DNA of 61,885 bases, counting the filler, from Chiloscyllium plagiosum (taxonomy: Eukaryota): the NCBI RefSeq assembly GCF_004010195.1. It is 3 parts of one record of this genome, joined end to end, with 100 filler letters (N's around TTAATTAATTAA, not from the genome) between each part and the next. Parts side by side here need not be neighbours in the genome. Positions count along the whole stretch, not along the records: positions 1 to 28,846 come from NC_057712.1; positions 28,947 to 56,784 come from NC_057712.1; 1 more part is not named here. One strand, 5' to 3'. The notes below the pieces were generated by a model, which was given only the letters and a program-made list of their open reading frames with translations, was not told the origin of the DNA and searched no databases. Position 1 is the stretch's first letter. Each line of letters opens with the position of its first letter. The position numbers were made by a program, and so were the translations under genes. Below, piece after piece: positions 24,323 to 36,879 of the stretch.

Positions 24323-26629
24323 AAGGCAGCTCACTGCCAGCTTCTGAAGAAGCAATGTGGGATGGGCAATAAACTCTGGCTAGCCAGTGACGTCACATCC
24401 CATAAAAGAATTACTTTAAATGTTCAGCCTGGTCATTGTGCCCAATTCACTTTGTACATTGCCCACTGCCTCTAACAATTGACAAGACGTTGGTATTTTG
24501 CATTGGGTTTTCTCAGGTTGTTTGGGTCTTGATAGACACCCTGTGATCACGAGGCAGTAATATGTGGACAATATGTTGGACTGCACTGTCACACTAGCCT
24601 TCGGAGTTCTGCTGCCAAATTCATTCTCATACTGTTTAATACGGCTTCACTTCAAGATTCTGGCAGCTCAGAGAACTTGTCAGCTTCTCATTCTGCCAGT
24701 TTATTCTCTTGCATTCTGCTCTATATATTTTAGCCTCAGGGAAATTTAATAAAAATTTGAAGCAGAGAGGAATATGCAAACAGCTCCTTGTATAACAGCT
24801 CAGCTAACAGCAGCTGGAACCAAACGTGCCCAACCAGGTTCTTGACTAGAAGGTTCTCCTGAACAGATGGTAGCTCGTGTTTCAGCTTTGCAAGATGAAT
24901 GTTGTAACTTTCCTGCTCCTGCGCTAGCTCAGAACCCAGAACACACTCACATTTTTTATCTCCATTAACACTTTAGTCAAGCCCTGAGCTTTGCATGCAG
25001 CAGTAAAACACCACGGCATTTATAAACCTTTCCACTCACACCAATCTGACACACTGGCAGTTTCGACAGAGAATTCTGGGATTCGGGAATTCTGAGGAAT
25101 CTTCTTCCATCCAGAGGGTGAGGAGAATATGCGACTTGTTCTCACATGGAATGATCAAGGAGAATAATTTTGATACTCAGAAAGGAGAAATTGGACAAAT
25201 ACAAGGGAGCAAGGAATACAATGGTAGGGGGATTGGGTGAGACAAAGAGGGAAGCAGAGTCACGCATAGCAGAAATATCAGCATGGAGCACGTGGGCCAA
25301 ATGGCCTGTGACTTTGCAGTGTACCTTACATAGTAGCTTCAAAATCAGCAGCAAACCACCCAGGTTAATTCCAAGTTTGTAAAGAAAGCCTTAGCTCCAA
25401 TCTCTCCTTTATATAACTGCACAGACAAGTAGCTGGCTGTAAAAGCAAGATCAGAAATAACAGGTTCACACTCCAGTGTTTGGGTATTCAGTGGCCCAGA
25501 GTTACAATGTCAGTCTTGGGGAGATCCTGGTAGCTTAGAGACTGAAGTCTGCTCCCAGCACACTGAATTTGTGAGTGATATCACATAGGTTCCTTATCCT
25601 TTCATAGTACATCTCAAGAAAACACAGCAGAAGTCAAACCCAGAAAGACTCCGTGACCCAAATCTTGTGGATTCATGTCAGCTGCAGCTACACCCAGCCC
25701 TGTGGACTTCAGGAGCAGTCGGTCAGGCTCTATGGAAGAACACTGTGCACCACTCCAACAGATTAACACACCCAGGTGAGGCTGACGCGCAGTTGGTGTG
25801 AGAGTGCGTATCATTGGTGAACCCCTCCCCTGGCTTCCTGTCTTTGTAAATATCACAGCCCCTACTGCATACACATGCACCCAGACTAACAAAAATTCAT
25901 TTCCCCACTGCATGATGACTCACTCAATCCACCATCACCATGATGCCCCATAAGGAGCAATGTCCCTGAGCAGGACTGACCAGCAAACACTATGGAAAGG
26001 GGAAAACAGGACGTCAGTAATAAATTTCTTGTGACAATCCCAACCTCCCCCACTCTATGAGAGACAGACAGAGAGAGACAGAGAGATGGAGACTAGTTCA
26101 ACAGATTTAAGACAATCCAGGGTCTCTGTTCAGCCTTTTCCATCACTCCGGCCTCATTTCTAACCCCCTTTTCAGTTCAGAACAGATACAGCTCTGCACA
26201 TTCCCCAATGGTTTTCACTTTGGGATCTGAGCGATACGTTCATCACCTCAAACTCAAATGAGGAACACTTACTTCAAGGACTTGCATTTATGTAATAAAT
26301 TAACCAAAGCATGGGAAGTGAACAGCAAATACATTTAAGATACAGATCAGCCATAAGTAAAGATGGACCAAGTGGCCAGCTCCTCTCAATATTCTGAAAT
26401 CCCAAGGAACAGAACCTCTTCGTTGTTACAAGCTGTAAACTTAGGTAATGCTGGCTTGAGTCTCTGACATAAACCAAAGATTTTGTAAATCACAAAGCCT
26501 GATTGAAAAATCCATCAACTCTCATACACCCACTCCCAGGGAGATCCCTTCCTGATCTCACTGTCTGATACACACCCCTGAACAATAAGTACACCCTAAA
26601 CCACTATTTACTCCTCAAATATATATTTG

Positions 26630-26970
26630 GGGGAAGCAATGGCCTGGTGGTATTATCACTGGACTTACAGACTGGGTAGCTGGCTTTGAATCCTGCCATG
26701 GCAGATGGTGGAATTTGAATTCAATAAGATGGCTGAAATTAAGAGACGAATGACGACTATAAATCCATTGTTGATTGTTGGAAACACCGATCTGGGTCAC
26801 TAATGTCCTTTAGGGAATGAAACTGCCACCCTTACCTGGTCTGGCCAACATGTGACTGCAGACCCACAGCAATGTAGTTGACTCTTAAATGCCCTCTGGG
26901 CAATTAGGCATTGGCAACAAATACTAGCCAAGCCAGTGATGCCCTCAAACTGTGAATGAACAAATAAAAA
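26630..26970 (+). mobile_element. tRNA-derived SINE whose 3' tail matches the old CR1/L2-like LINE
   Basis: Head gcaatggcctggtggtattatcactgg...gaatcctgcc and tail gggcaattagg...aaatactagccaagccagtgatgcc. Related copies at about 22050-22127 and 38090-38345. Confidence 0.7.
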
Positions 26971-27164
26971 TGACATACTTCACCCCTAAACCAACAATTC
27001 AACCCTTCAAGCCTACTCCACTATTCAATACGATTGTGACTGATCATCCAGCTCTGTACCCAAATTCTCCCAGTACACTCCCTCAACGGATGGATATCCT
27101 CCTCTGAATTGAATTGCATTTATTGTCACGTGTACCGAGGCACAGGGAAAAGCTTTGTCTTGAG

Positions 27165-27570
27165 AGCAATACAGGCAGATCACGGAGTTAAGTAGCAGAG
27201 ATAGTAAATAATAGGTAAACAGCGGCAAAAACAAAAATACAGGGACAGGCGAATGTTACGAGTTTGAGAGTCCATTCAGTCTTCTAACAACAGCAGGGTA
27301 GAAACTGTTACAAAACCGGCTGGTGCATGTGTTCAGGCTTCTGTACCTTCTCCCCGATGGTAGAGGTTGTAGAAAAACATTGCCAGGGTGCGATGGATCT
27401 TTGAGAATGCTGGCGGCCTTTCCTTGACAGCGGGCCTGGTAGATGGATTCTATAGATGGGAGGTTGGCCTTTGTGATTGTCCGGGCCGAGTTCACCACTC
27501 TCTGTAACAGTCCCCGATCTTGAATGGTACAGTTGTCATACCAGGTAGTGATACATCCAGGCAGAGTCAC
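27165..27570 (-). mobile_element. Rex1/Babar-type LINE 3' end
   Basis: GCITTWYDNC...LQRVVNSARTIT...LPSIESIY...ILKDPSHPG...LPSGRRYRS...NSFYPAVVRRLN, followed by a (caatt)n tail. Confidence 0.85.
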
Positions 27571-28234
27571 ATCTTAATTTTCATAACCCATCTGGTCACC
27601 CTTTAATGTCTGAAGCTTAATAGAGAATGAGTAAACCAGTCTAAGCAATCATTGGCTGATTGATTCTAAAGAATGACAGGGCTCAGAAAGGGCAGCAGCT
27701 TATTCTGGAACCAAATCTGCGATTCCAGTTTTGGGACTGGAAGGCATCATTGGAACAAAGATGTCTCATTGCGATTTTAGTGCACTGCCTTTGTCCACAC
27801 ACTGGGATCTTCCACTTTATACAATGGCCAGAAGCAATTTATTATGAAATGTTCGTGCTTCATATCTGAACTGTTAAGTTGTATGAGTTGGCCCTGATGA
27901 AGTTCCTATAGATGTGGTTCTCCAGCTGTGGACACTGACATATACTTCAAGCAGTTCGCAAATATGGAGGTCAGATGTCTGATTTCTCTTAACCATAATT
28001 AGTTCCAGACAATGATCTACAAACACAAAATTTATTTAAACACAAATATTTCAAATTGATATCTGCAGTCTCATATTATTGGACAAAAAATAACAACACA
28101 TTACTTTGTGGAGATATTTCATGCTGGTCCAAGGCATTGGGGAACGTGTAGCCTGGAAGGATGTCTACTTGGGGGTGGGGAAGGGTGGGGAGTGCTTGTT
28201 CTGTTTGTTTTAACACTTCTCAGAATCTGATCTT

Positions 28235-30385
28235 CCTATTCATATACCCATCCAAATGCCTCTTAAATGTTGTAATTGTACCAGCCTCCACCACATCCTC
28301 TGGCAGCTCATTCCATACACGTACCACCCTCTGTGTGAAAAAGTTGCCCCTTAGGTCTTTTTTATATCTTTCCCCTCTCACCCTAAACCTATCCCCTCAA
28401 GTTCTGGACTCCCCGATCCCAGGGAAAAGACATTGCCTATTTACCCTATCCATGCCCCTCAATTTTGTAAACCTCTATATGGTCACCCCCCCAGCCTCCG
28501 ACGCTCCAGGGAAAACAGCCCCAGCCTGTTCAGTCTCTCCCCATCGCTCAAATCCTCCAACCCTGGTAACATCCTTGTAAATCTTTTCTGAACCCTTTCA
28601 AGTTTCACAACGTCTTTCCGATAGGAAGGAGACCAGAATTGCAAGCAATATCCCAACAGTAGCCTAACCAATGTCCTGTACAGCCGCAGCATGACCTCCC
28701 AACTCCTGTACTCAGTACTCTGACCAATAAAGGAAAGCATACCAAATGCCTTCTTCACTATCCTGTCTACCTGCAACTCCACTTTCAAGGAGCTATGAAC
28801 CTGCACTCCAAGGTCTCTTTGTTCAGCAACACTCCCTAGGACCTTANNNNNNNNNNNNNNNNNNNNNNNNNNNNNNNNNNNNNNNNNNNNTTAATTAATT
28901 AANNNNNNNNNNNNNNNNNNNNNNNNNNNNNNNNNNNNNNNNNNNNAGTTGCTAGGGTTATCCCTACTCCCCTTTTTGAACAAGGGAATCACATTTGCTA
29001 TCCTCCAGTCTTCTGGGACTACTCCTGTAGACAAAGAGGACATAAAAATTAAGGCCAATGGCTCTGCAATCTCCTCCCTTGCTTCCCAGAGAATCCTAGG
29101 ATAAATGCCATCAGGCCCAGGGGACTTATCTATTTTCACCTTTTCCAGGATTTCCAACACCTCTTCTCTACATACCTCAAAGCCGTCCATTCTAATTAAT
29201 TGTGACTCAATATTCACATCGGCAACAATGTCCTGTTCCTGAGTGAATACTGAAGAAAAGTATTCATTCAGTGTCTCCCCAATCTCTTCCGCCTCCACAC
29301 GCAACTTCCCCCTACTATCCTTGACTGGACCTATTCCTACCCTAGTCATTCTTTTATTCCTAACATACCTATAGAAAGCCTTAGGGTTTTCCCTAATCCT
29401 ACCGACTAAGGACCTTTCATGTCCCCTCCTTGCTGCTCTTAGCTCTCTCTTCAGGTCCTTCCTGGCTACCCTATAACTCTCAATCGCCCCAATTGAACCT
29501 TCACGTCTCATCTTGAGATAGGCTGCCCTCTTCCATTTAACAAGGGATTCCAATTCCTTATTAAACCACGGCTCCCTTGCACGACCCTTTCCTCCCTGCC
29601 TGACGGGTACATACTTATCAAGGACACTCAATAGTTGCTCCTTGAACAAGCTCCACATATCATTTACACTCTTGCCTTGGAGTCTACTTTTCCAAGCCAC
29701 ACATCCTAAGTCATGCCTCACCGCATCATAATTTCTCTGACCCCAGCTATAACTCTTGCCCTGTCGTCCTCACTTATCCCTCTCCATCACGAGTGTAAAA
29801 ATTACCGAATTATGGTCACTATCCCCAAAGTGCTCACCTACCTCTAATTCTAACACCTGGCCTGGTTCGTTACCCAGAACCAAATCCAGTATGGCCTCAT
29901 CTCTTGTTGGCCTGTCTACATATTGTGTCAGGAAACTCTCCTGCACACATTGAACAAACACTGATCCATCTAACGAACTTGAGCTATAGCTTTCCCAATC
30001 AATATCAGGAAAGTTAAAGTCCCCCATAACCACCACCCTATTACTGTCACTCATCTCCTGAATCACCTTCCCTATCCTTTCTTCAATGATTCTAGGCCTA
30101 TTAGGAGGCCTGTAAAAGACTCCTAACAGGGTGACCTCACCTTTCCTATTCCTAACCTCAGCCCAAACTACCTCAGATGGCAAGTCCTCATCCATCGTCC
30201 TTTCCACCACTGTAATACTATCTTTGACAAGCAATGCCACACCTCCCCCTCTTTTACCCCCACCTCTGACCCTACTAAAACATTTAAACCCTGGAACCTG
30301 CAACAGCCAATCCTGTCCCTGTTCTAGCCATGTCTCCGTAATAGCCACAACATCGAAGTCCCAGGTACCAACCCACGCTGCAAGT
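28235..30385 (-). mobile_element. Young CR1 LINE ORF2 (AP endonuclease, linker, RT start, gap, C-terminus)
   Basis: Endonuclease motifs DVVAITETWL, GGGVALLVK, GVFYRPP, VMGDFNFPDIDW, ILDLVLGN and FGDSDHN; then KSPGPDGIYPRIL, VPEDWRIANVIPLFKKG and the C-terminal ERVQKRFTRMLPG. ORFs 29770-30405 and 28891-29721 are in the same frame, separated by one TGA. Confidence 0.95.
28847..28946. other. Assembly gap with artificial spacer (44 N + TTAATTAATTAA + 44 N)
   Basis: Exactly 100 bp; the central 12-mer has stop codons in all six frames. Confidence 0.97.
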
Positions 30386-30519
30386 TCAAAACTTCTGCAA
30401 CACACTTAGTCATGGAGTAAGATAGCACGGAAACAGACCTTTCGGTCCAACTCATCTGCACCAGCCAGACATCTCAATCTGACTTAATCCCATTTGTCAG
30501 CATTGGCCACGATCCCTCT

Positions 30520-31268
30520 GAGTTGAGAGGGTGGTGCTGGAAAAGCACAGCAGGTCAGACAGCATCCAAGGAGCAGGAAAATCGAAGTTTCGGGCAAAAA
30601 CCCTTCATCAGGAATGAGGCTGGGAGCCTTGGGGGTGAAGATAAGGTAGCTAAGAGCTAAGGTAGCTGGAGGTGGGGTAATGGTGATAGATCAGAGAGGA
30701 GGGGGGAGCAGATAGGTGGGAAGGAAGATGGACAATGGGATGGGTCATTAGGATGGTGCTGAGCTGGAAGGTTGGAACTGGGGTAAGATGGGGGATGAGG
30801 AAATGAGAAAACTGGTGAAGTCCACATTGATGCCTTGGGGTTGAAGGGTCCTGAGGTGGAAGATGAGGCGTTCTTCCTCCAGGCCTTGGGTGGTAGAGAG
30901 TGGCGATAGAGGCAACCCAGGACCTGCATGTCCTTGGCAGACTGGGAGGGGGAGTTAATTAGCAGTGGGGTTCATTGGTGCAGGTGTCCCAGAGATGTTC
31001 TCTGAAAGCGCTCTGTGAGTAGGCATCCTGTCTCCCCAATGTAGAGGAGACCGCATCGGGAGCAACAGATACAGTAAATGACATGTGTGGAAGCGCAGGT
31101 AAAACTTTGATGGATGTGGAAGGCTCCTTTCTTCCCCCCTGCCCCACCCCCCTCCCATTTATCTCTCCATCCCCAGCCTTATTCCTCATGAAGGGCTTTT
31201 GCCTGAAAAGTCGATTTTCCCACTTCTCGGATGCTGCCTGACCTGCTATGCTTTTCCAGCACCACTCT
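30520..31268 (-). mobile_element. PLE family A 3' fragment with an inverted terminal module at its 5' end
   Basis: The minus strand carries the GIY-YIG remnant (YIGET...FREHLWDT) and terminal module at 30520-30615; an inverted module lies at 31181-31268. Confidence 0.85.
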
Positions 31269-32724
31269 TTCCCTCGAAACCTTTCCTATCCATGTACCTA
31301 TCAAAATATTGTCGAAGTGTTGGAATTGTATCCGCCTCCACCATTTCCATACATGCACCACCCTGTGTGACGATGTTGGCCCTCTTAAATCTTTCCTCCT
31401 CTCACATTAGATCTACGTCCTCTAGTTTTCAAATCCCCAACCCTGGGAAAAAGACCTCAGCTATTCACCCGATTCAGCCTCCTCTCATACCTCAAACCTG
31501 GCAAGATCCTTGTAGATCTTTACTGAACCCTTTCAAGTTCCACAACATCTTTCCAACAGCAGGAAGACCAGAATTGAACACAGTATTCCAAAAGTGGCTT
31601 CACCAATTTCGTGTACAGCCACAACATGACATTCTAACACCTATACTCAATGTACTGGCCAATGAGGCAAGCCTTCTTCACTATCCTATCAACCTGCAAA
31701 CTCCACCTTCAAGGAACTATGAACCTGCACTCCAAGGTCTCTTTGTTTAGCAACACTACCCAGGACGCTACCATTAAGTGTCCTGCCCTGATCTGCCTTA
31801 CCAAAATGCAACAACTCAGATTTATCTAAACTCCATCTGCCACTCCTTGGTCCATCAGTCCATCTGATCAAGGTCCCGTTGTTCTCAGAGATAACCTTCT
31901 TCACCGTCCACTACAACACTAATTTTGGTGTCACCAGCAAACTCATTAACTAGTTCTCTGAGATTCACATCGAAATCATTTATGTAAATGACAAAAAGCA
32001 GTGGACCCAGCACCGATCCTTGTGGCACTGCACTGGTCACAGGCCTCCAGTCTGAAAAGCAACCCTCCACCACCATCCTCTGTCTCCTACCTTCGAGCCA
32101 ATGTTGGATCCAAATGGCTAGCTCTTCCTGGATTCCATGTGATCTAACCTTGATAACCAGTCTATCTGGTACAGTGCCTTGAAGTCTATATTGAAAAGGT
32201 CTACCACTCTGCCTCCATCAATCTTCTTTGACACTTCTTCAAAAGAACTCAATCAAGTTAGTGAGACACAATTTCCCATGCACAAAGCTGTATAGACTAT
32301 CCCTAATAGTCATTGCCTTTTCAAACACATATAAATCCTATCCCTCAGAATCCCTTCCAACTTTGCCCACCAACGATATCAGGCTCACCAGTCTATAGTT
32401 CCCTGGCTTTTGCTTACCACCTTTCTTCAATAATAGCACCACATTAGTCACCCCCCCCCAATCTTCCAGCACCTCACCTATGACTATTAATACAAATATC
32501 TCAACAAGGGGCCCAGCAATCACTTCCCTCGCTTCTCCCAGAGCTCTTTAACATACCTGATAAAGTCCTGGGGATTTATCCACCTTTATGCATTTTAGAT
32601 GTCCAGCTCCTCCTCCTTTGTAATATCGACACTTTTCAAGATATCACTATATATTTCTCCAAGTTCTCTAGCTTCCACGTGTTTTCCACAGTAAATACTA
32701 ATGCAAAATACTTGTTTAGTATCA

Positions 32725-33045
32725 TAGAATCCCTAGAGTGTGGAAACAGGCCATTTGGCCCAACAAGTCCACAATGACCCTCTGTACAGTATCCTAACCC
32801 AGACCCATTCGCCTACCTTATTACTCTACGTTTCCCCTGATAATGCACCTAACCTTGAACACTATGGGCAATTTCGTTCGGCCAATTCACCTAACCTGCA
32901 CATCTTTGGACTGTGGGAGGAAGTCCACATAGACACAGGGAGATCATGCAAACTCCACACTGAGAATCACCTGAGGCTGGAATCGAACCCGGCCTCCTGG
33001 TGCTTTAAGGCAGCAATGCTAAACACTGAGCCACCGTACCACCCA
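32725..33045 (-). mobile_element. HE1-type V-SINE
   Basis: Reverse-complement match to the 4995-5286 element. Confidence 0.85.
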
Positions 33046-34029
33046 ATATCTAATTCATCTCCTGCAGTTCCACACACAGATGGCCTTGCTGATCTTTAAG
33101 GGGCCGTGGTCCCTCCCTAGTTACCCTCTTGTCCTGAATGGATTTATAAAATCTCTTTGGATTCTCCTTAACCCGAACTGCCAAAGCTATTTCATGTCCC
33201 CTTCTTGCTCTCTTGATTTCCCTCAAGTATACCCCTACTGCCTTTATAATCTTCTCATGATTCACTCTGTCTCTGCTGTCTGTACCTGACATATGCTTCC
33301 TTCTTTTTCTTGACTCCAGCCTCAATTTCTCTAGTCATCCAGCATTCCCTGCACCTACCAGCCTTGACCTTCACCCGAACAGGAACGTACCGTCGCTGGA
33401 CTCTCATTATCTCATTTTTGAAGTCTTCCCACTTTCTAGCCGTCCCTTTACCTCCCTTTTGAAACTTCTTGCCTAATACCATCAAAATTGTGCTTACTCC
33501 AATTTAGAGCTTTAACTTTTATATCAGGTCTATTCTTTTCCATTACTATTCTAAAACTAATAGAATTATGGTCGCTGGCCTCAAAGTGCTCTCCCACTGA
33601 CATCTCAGTCACCTGCCCTGCCTTATTTCCCCAAAGAGATCAGGTTTTGCTCCTTCCCTCGTAGGTACATCCATATGTTAAATAAAAAAATTTTCTTGAA
33701 TTTCTGTCCATCCAAGCCCTAAACACTATGGCAGACCACTATGTTTGGAAAGTTAAAATTCCCGAAAAATTCCACCCTAACATTCTTATGGATAACAGAT
33801 ATCCTGACAAATTTGCTTCTCAATTTCCTGTTGACTATTGGGGGGCCTATAATACAATCCCAACGAGGTGATCATCCCTTTCTTATTTCTCATTCCACCC
33901 AAATAACTTTACTGGACGTATTCCCAGGAATATCCTCCCTATTTACAGCTGTTATGTTATCACTAACAAAAAAAAACACCACTTCCCCTCCTCTCTTGCT
34001 CTCCTTTCTATTCTTCCTGTGCTGGAATA

Positions 34030-34377
34030 TTAGAATTAGGTTCCCTATAGTGCGGAAACAGGCCCATCGGCCCAACAAGTCCACACCGACCCTCCGAAGA
34101 GTAACCCACCCAGACCCATTCCCCTTCCCTATATTTACCCCTGATTAACGCACCTAGCCTACACATCCCTGAACACAATGGGCAATGTAGCATGGCCAAT
34201 TCACCTGACCTGCACATCTTTGGACCGTGGGAGGAAGCTGGAGCACCCAGAAGAAACCCATAGAGAAACGGGGAGAATGTGCAAACTCCACACAGACAGT
34301 CACCTGAGATTGGAATTGAACCAGAGTCGCTGGCACTATGAGGCAGCAGTGCTAACCACTGAGCCACTGTGCCACCC
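34030..34377 (-). mobile_element. HE1-type V-SINE
   Basis: Full head, V-domain and tail on the minus strand, inside the CR1 endonuclease region. Confidence 0.88.
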
Positions 34378-34684
34378 TTAAGGTACAAGTCCTGCCCTTC
34401 CCTGAACCATTCTCCTGTAATTGCTATGATGTCCCAGTCCCATGTTCCCACCTTTGCCCTGGGTTCATCTGCCTTACCTGCCAGGCCTCTTGCATTGAAA
34501 TAAATGCATTTCAATTCATCAATCTTACCCCATTCTCTGCCTTGCTGTTACCTGCCTTGACTATTTGACTTGCTCCTCTTCTTCCAGTGTGCCAGCCTCA
34601 GACTTGTCTCTATTTTCATTACTCTCTTTGGGTCCCCTCCCCTCCATTACTAGTACCAGAAATCTGGCTGTCAGTGCTACATTA

Positions 34685-35357
34685 TAGAACATAGAACAAT
34701 ACAGTGCAGAACAGGCTCTTCGGCCCTCGATGTTGCACCAACCTGTGAACTATTCTCAGCTTGCCCCCCCTATACTATCCCATCATCATCCATGTGCTTA
34801 TCCAAGGATTGTTTAAATCTCCCTAATGTGGCTGAGTTGACTACATTAGCAGGTAGGGCATTCCACGCGCTTACCATTCTCTGCGTAAAGAACCTGCCTC
34901 TGACATCTGTCTTAAATCTATCACCCCTCAATTTGCAGCTATGCCCCCTCATACAAGCTGACATTATCATCCTAGGAAAACGACTTTCACTGTCTACCCT
35001 ATCTAATCCTCTGATCATCTTTTTTGTGTCTATTAAATCCCTTCTTCTCTCCAATGAGAACAGACCCAAATCCCTCAGCCTTTCCTCATAAGACCTTCCC
35101 TCCAAACCAGGCAATATCCTGGTAAATCTCCTCTGTACCTTTTCCAATGCTTCCACATCATTCCTGTAATGGACCAACCAGAACTGTCCACAATATTCCA
35201 AGTGTGGTCGCAACAGCGTTTTGTATAGTTGCAGCATGATATTGCAGCTCCGGAACTCAACCCCTCTACGAATGAAACCTGACACACTGTATGCCTTCTT
35301 AACAACACTATCCATCTGGGGGGCAACTTTCAGGGATCTATGTACATGGACACCAAG
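34685..35357 (-). mobile_element. CR1 LINE 3' end (continues at about 36085-36370 after a PLE insertion)
   Basis: VVKKAYSVSGFIRRG...LLRPHLEYCGQFW...RFFTQRMVSAWNALP, with a (ctatgtt)n tail. Confidence 0.9.
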
Positions 35358-35393
35358 GAATGAGAGGTGACTTGATCAAGGTGCACAAGATAG

Positions 35394-36080
35394 ATGTGTT
35401 GTCCCAGTCGAATTGGTGGTTTTTTTCATCCGTGTGTAGGGCTACAAGGGACATAGGGTCATGTCTTTTTGTGGCTAGCTGGTGTTCATTTAAATGACAG
35501 CCAAACTACTGAGACCCCTCGGAATCCTAGTAGCACACAATCCCTCCAACACTCTCAAAGAAAAACTAACAAACTTAAAAGACCCAGTTCAACCCATGGA
35601 CAAAACCAACGTCATCTATAAAATTCCATGCGAGGACTGCCACAAACACTATGTAGGACAAACAGGAAGAAAGCTAGCCACCAGGATACACGAACATCAG
35701 CTAGCCACAAAAAGACACGACCCTCTCTTCCCTCGTAGCCCTACACACGGATGAAAAAAAACACCATTTTGACTGGGACAACACATCTATCCTGGGACAG
35801 GCTAAGCAAAGACATGCCAGAGAATTCCTAGAGGCCTGGCACTCCAACCACAACGCCATAAACAAATACATAGATCTATATACCATCTATCAACCCCTCA
35901 GAAAACGATCAGGAAATGACATCACCACAAACCCCCGGAATCCCATCCAGGACAAACATATAAATAGAAAGCAGGAGACAACAGTTTCGCTTCACTTGGA
36001 GGTCGCCACTGATGATGTTACCTAGCCAGGAAATGAAATGTCTGGTTATCAAATCTACAGCTCAGCGAGCAAAGCTATAT
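35394..36080 (+). mobile_element. PLE family C 3' fragment with an inverted 5' segment
   Basis: MTAKLLRPLGILVAH...KTNVIYKIPCEDCHKHYVGQTGRKLATRIHEHQLA. Segment 35394-35490 is an inverted copy of about 35690-35790. Confidence 0.92.
36005..36046 (+). ncRNA. Minimal hammerhead ribozyme motif (PLE family C)
   Basis: gcca CUGAUGA u guuaccuagccaggaaau GAAA ug UC uggu; stem I is gcca/uggu. Confidence 0.65.
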
Positions 36081-36879
36081 CCTACAGATCTCTGTGGAAC
36101 ACCACTGGTCACCGAGCTCCTGGCTGAATACTTTCCATCTACTACCACCCTATGTCTTCTACGGGCCAGACAATTCTGTATCCAGACAGCCAAATGTCAC
36201 CGTATCCCATGCCTCCTTACTTTCTGAATGAACCTGCCATGGGGAACCCTATCAAACGCCTTGTTAAAATCTAAGTACACCACATCCACTGCTCTAACTT
36301 CAATGTGTTTTGTCACATCCTCAAAGAATTCAGTAAAGTTGTGAGGCATGATCTGCCCTTACAAAGCCAGTTCTACACCAACATTTTTTTCTATCTGCAA
36401 CATCTCCTGCATGCTTTTCTAAATTATTGCTTCTTGTGATATATCGCAAAGAGCCCAATACTGAGCAGACTGCCTTCTAATCCAATCCTGTGTGCCTTGC
36501 CATTGCATCACTTTTGGATCTAGCTTGCCACTTTCCTTCAATCCCAAGACTTTTACTTTTGGACTAGTTTGTCATTTACAACTTTATCAACAGCCTCGAT
36601 AAAATCCAGGTGGCTGTACCATTCCCACTCCTCTCATCAATTCCCCCTAACGACACATTCAAATTCAAATCAAGTTAGACACAACCTTCCCTGAATAATT
36701 CCACGTTGACCATGCTTGATTAATCTGTGCCAGTTTAAACATTGATTTATATAAATCCTCAGATATTTTCCCAATATATTTCCTAACAGAAAGGTTACAC
36801 TGACTGGACTGTAGTTATCCATATTATCCCTTTTAGTAACAGCACATTACCAATACTACATCTACAGCCAATGATATAA

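Larger units (their letters stand above)
30405..34680 (-). mobile_element. Older, near full-length CR1 ORF2, disrupted, with nested PLE and SINE insertions
   Basis: MKCIYFNARGL...WDWDIIAIT (endonuclease start); GNYRLVSLISLVGK; VPQGSVLGPLLFVIYIND; 3' UTR near 30410-30510; many frameshifts. Confidence 0.9.
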
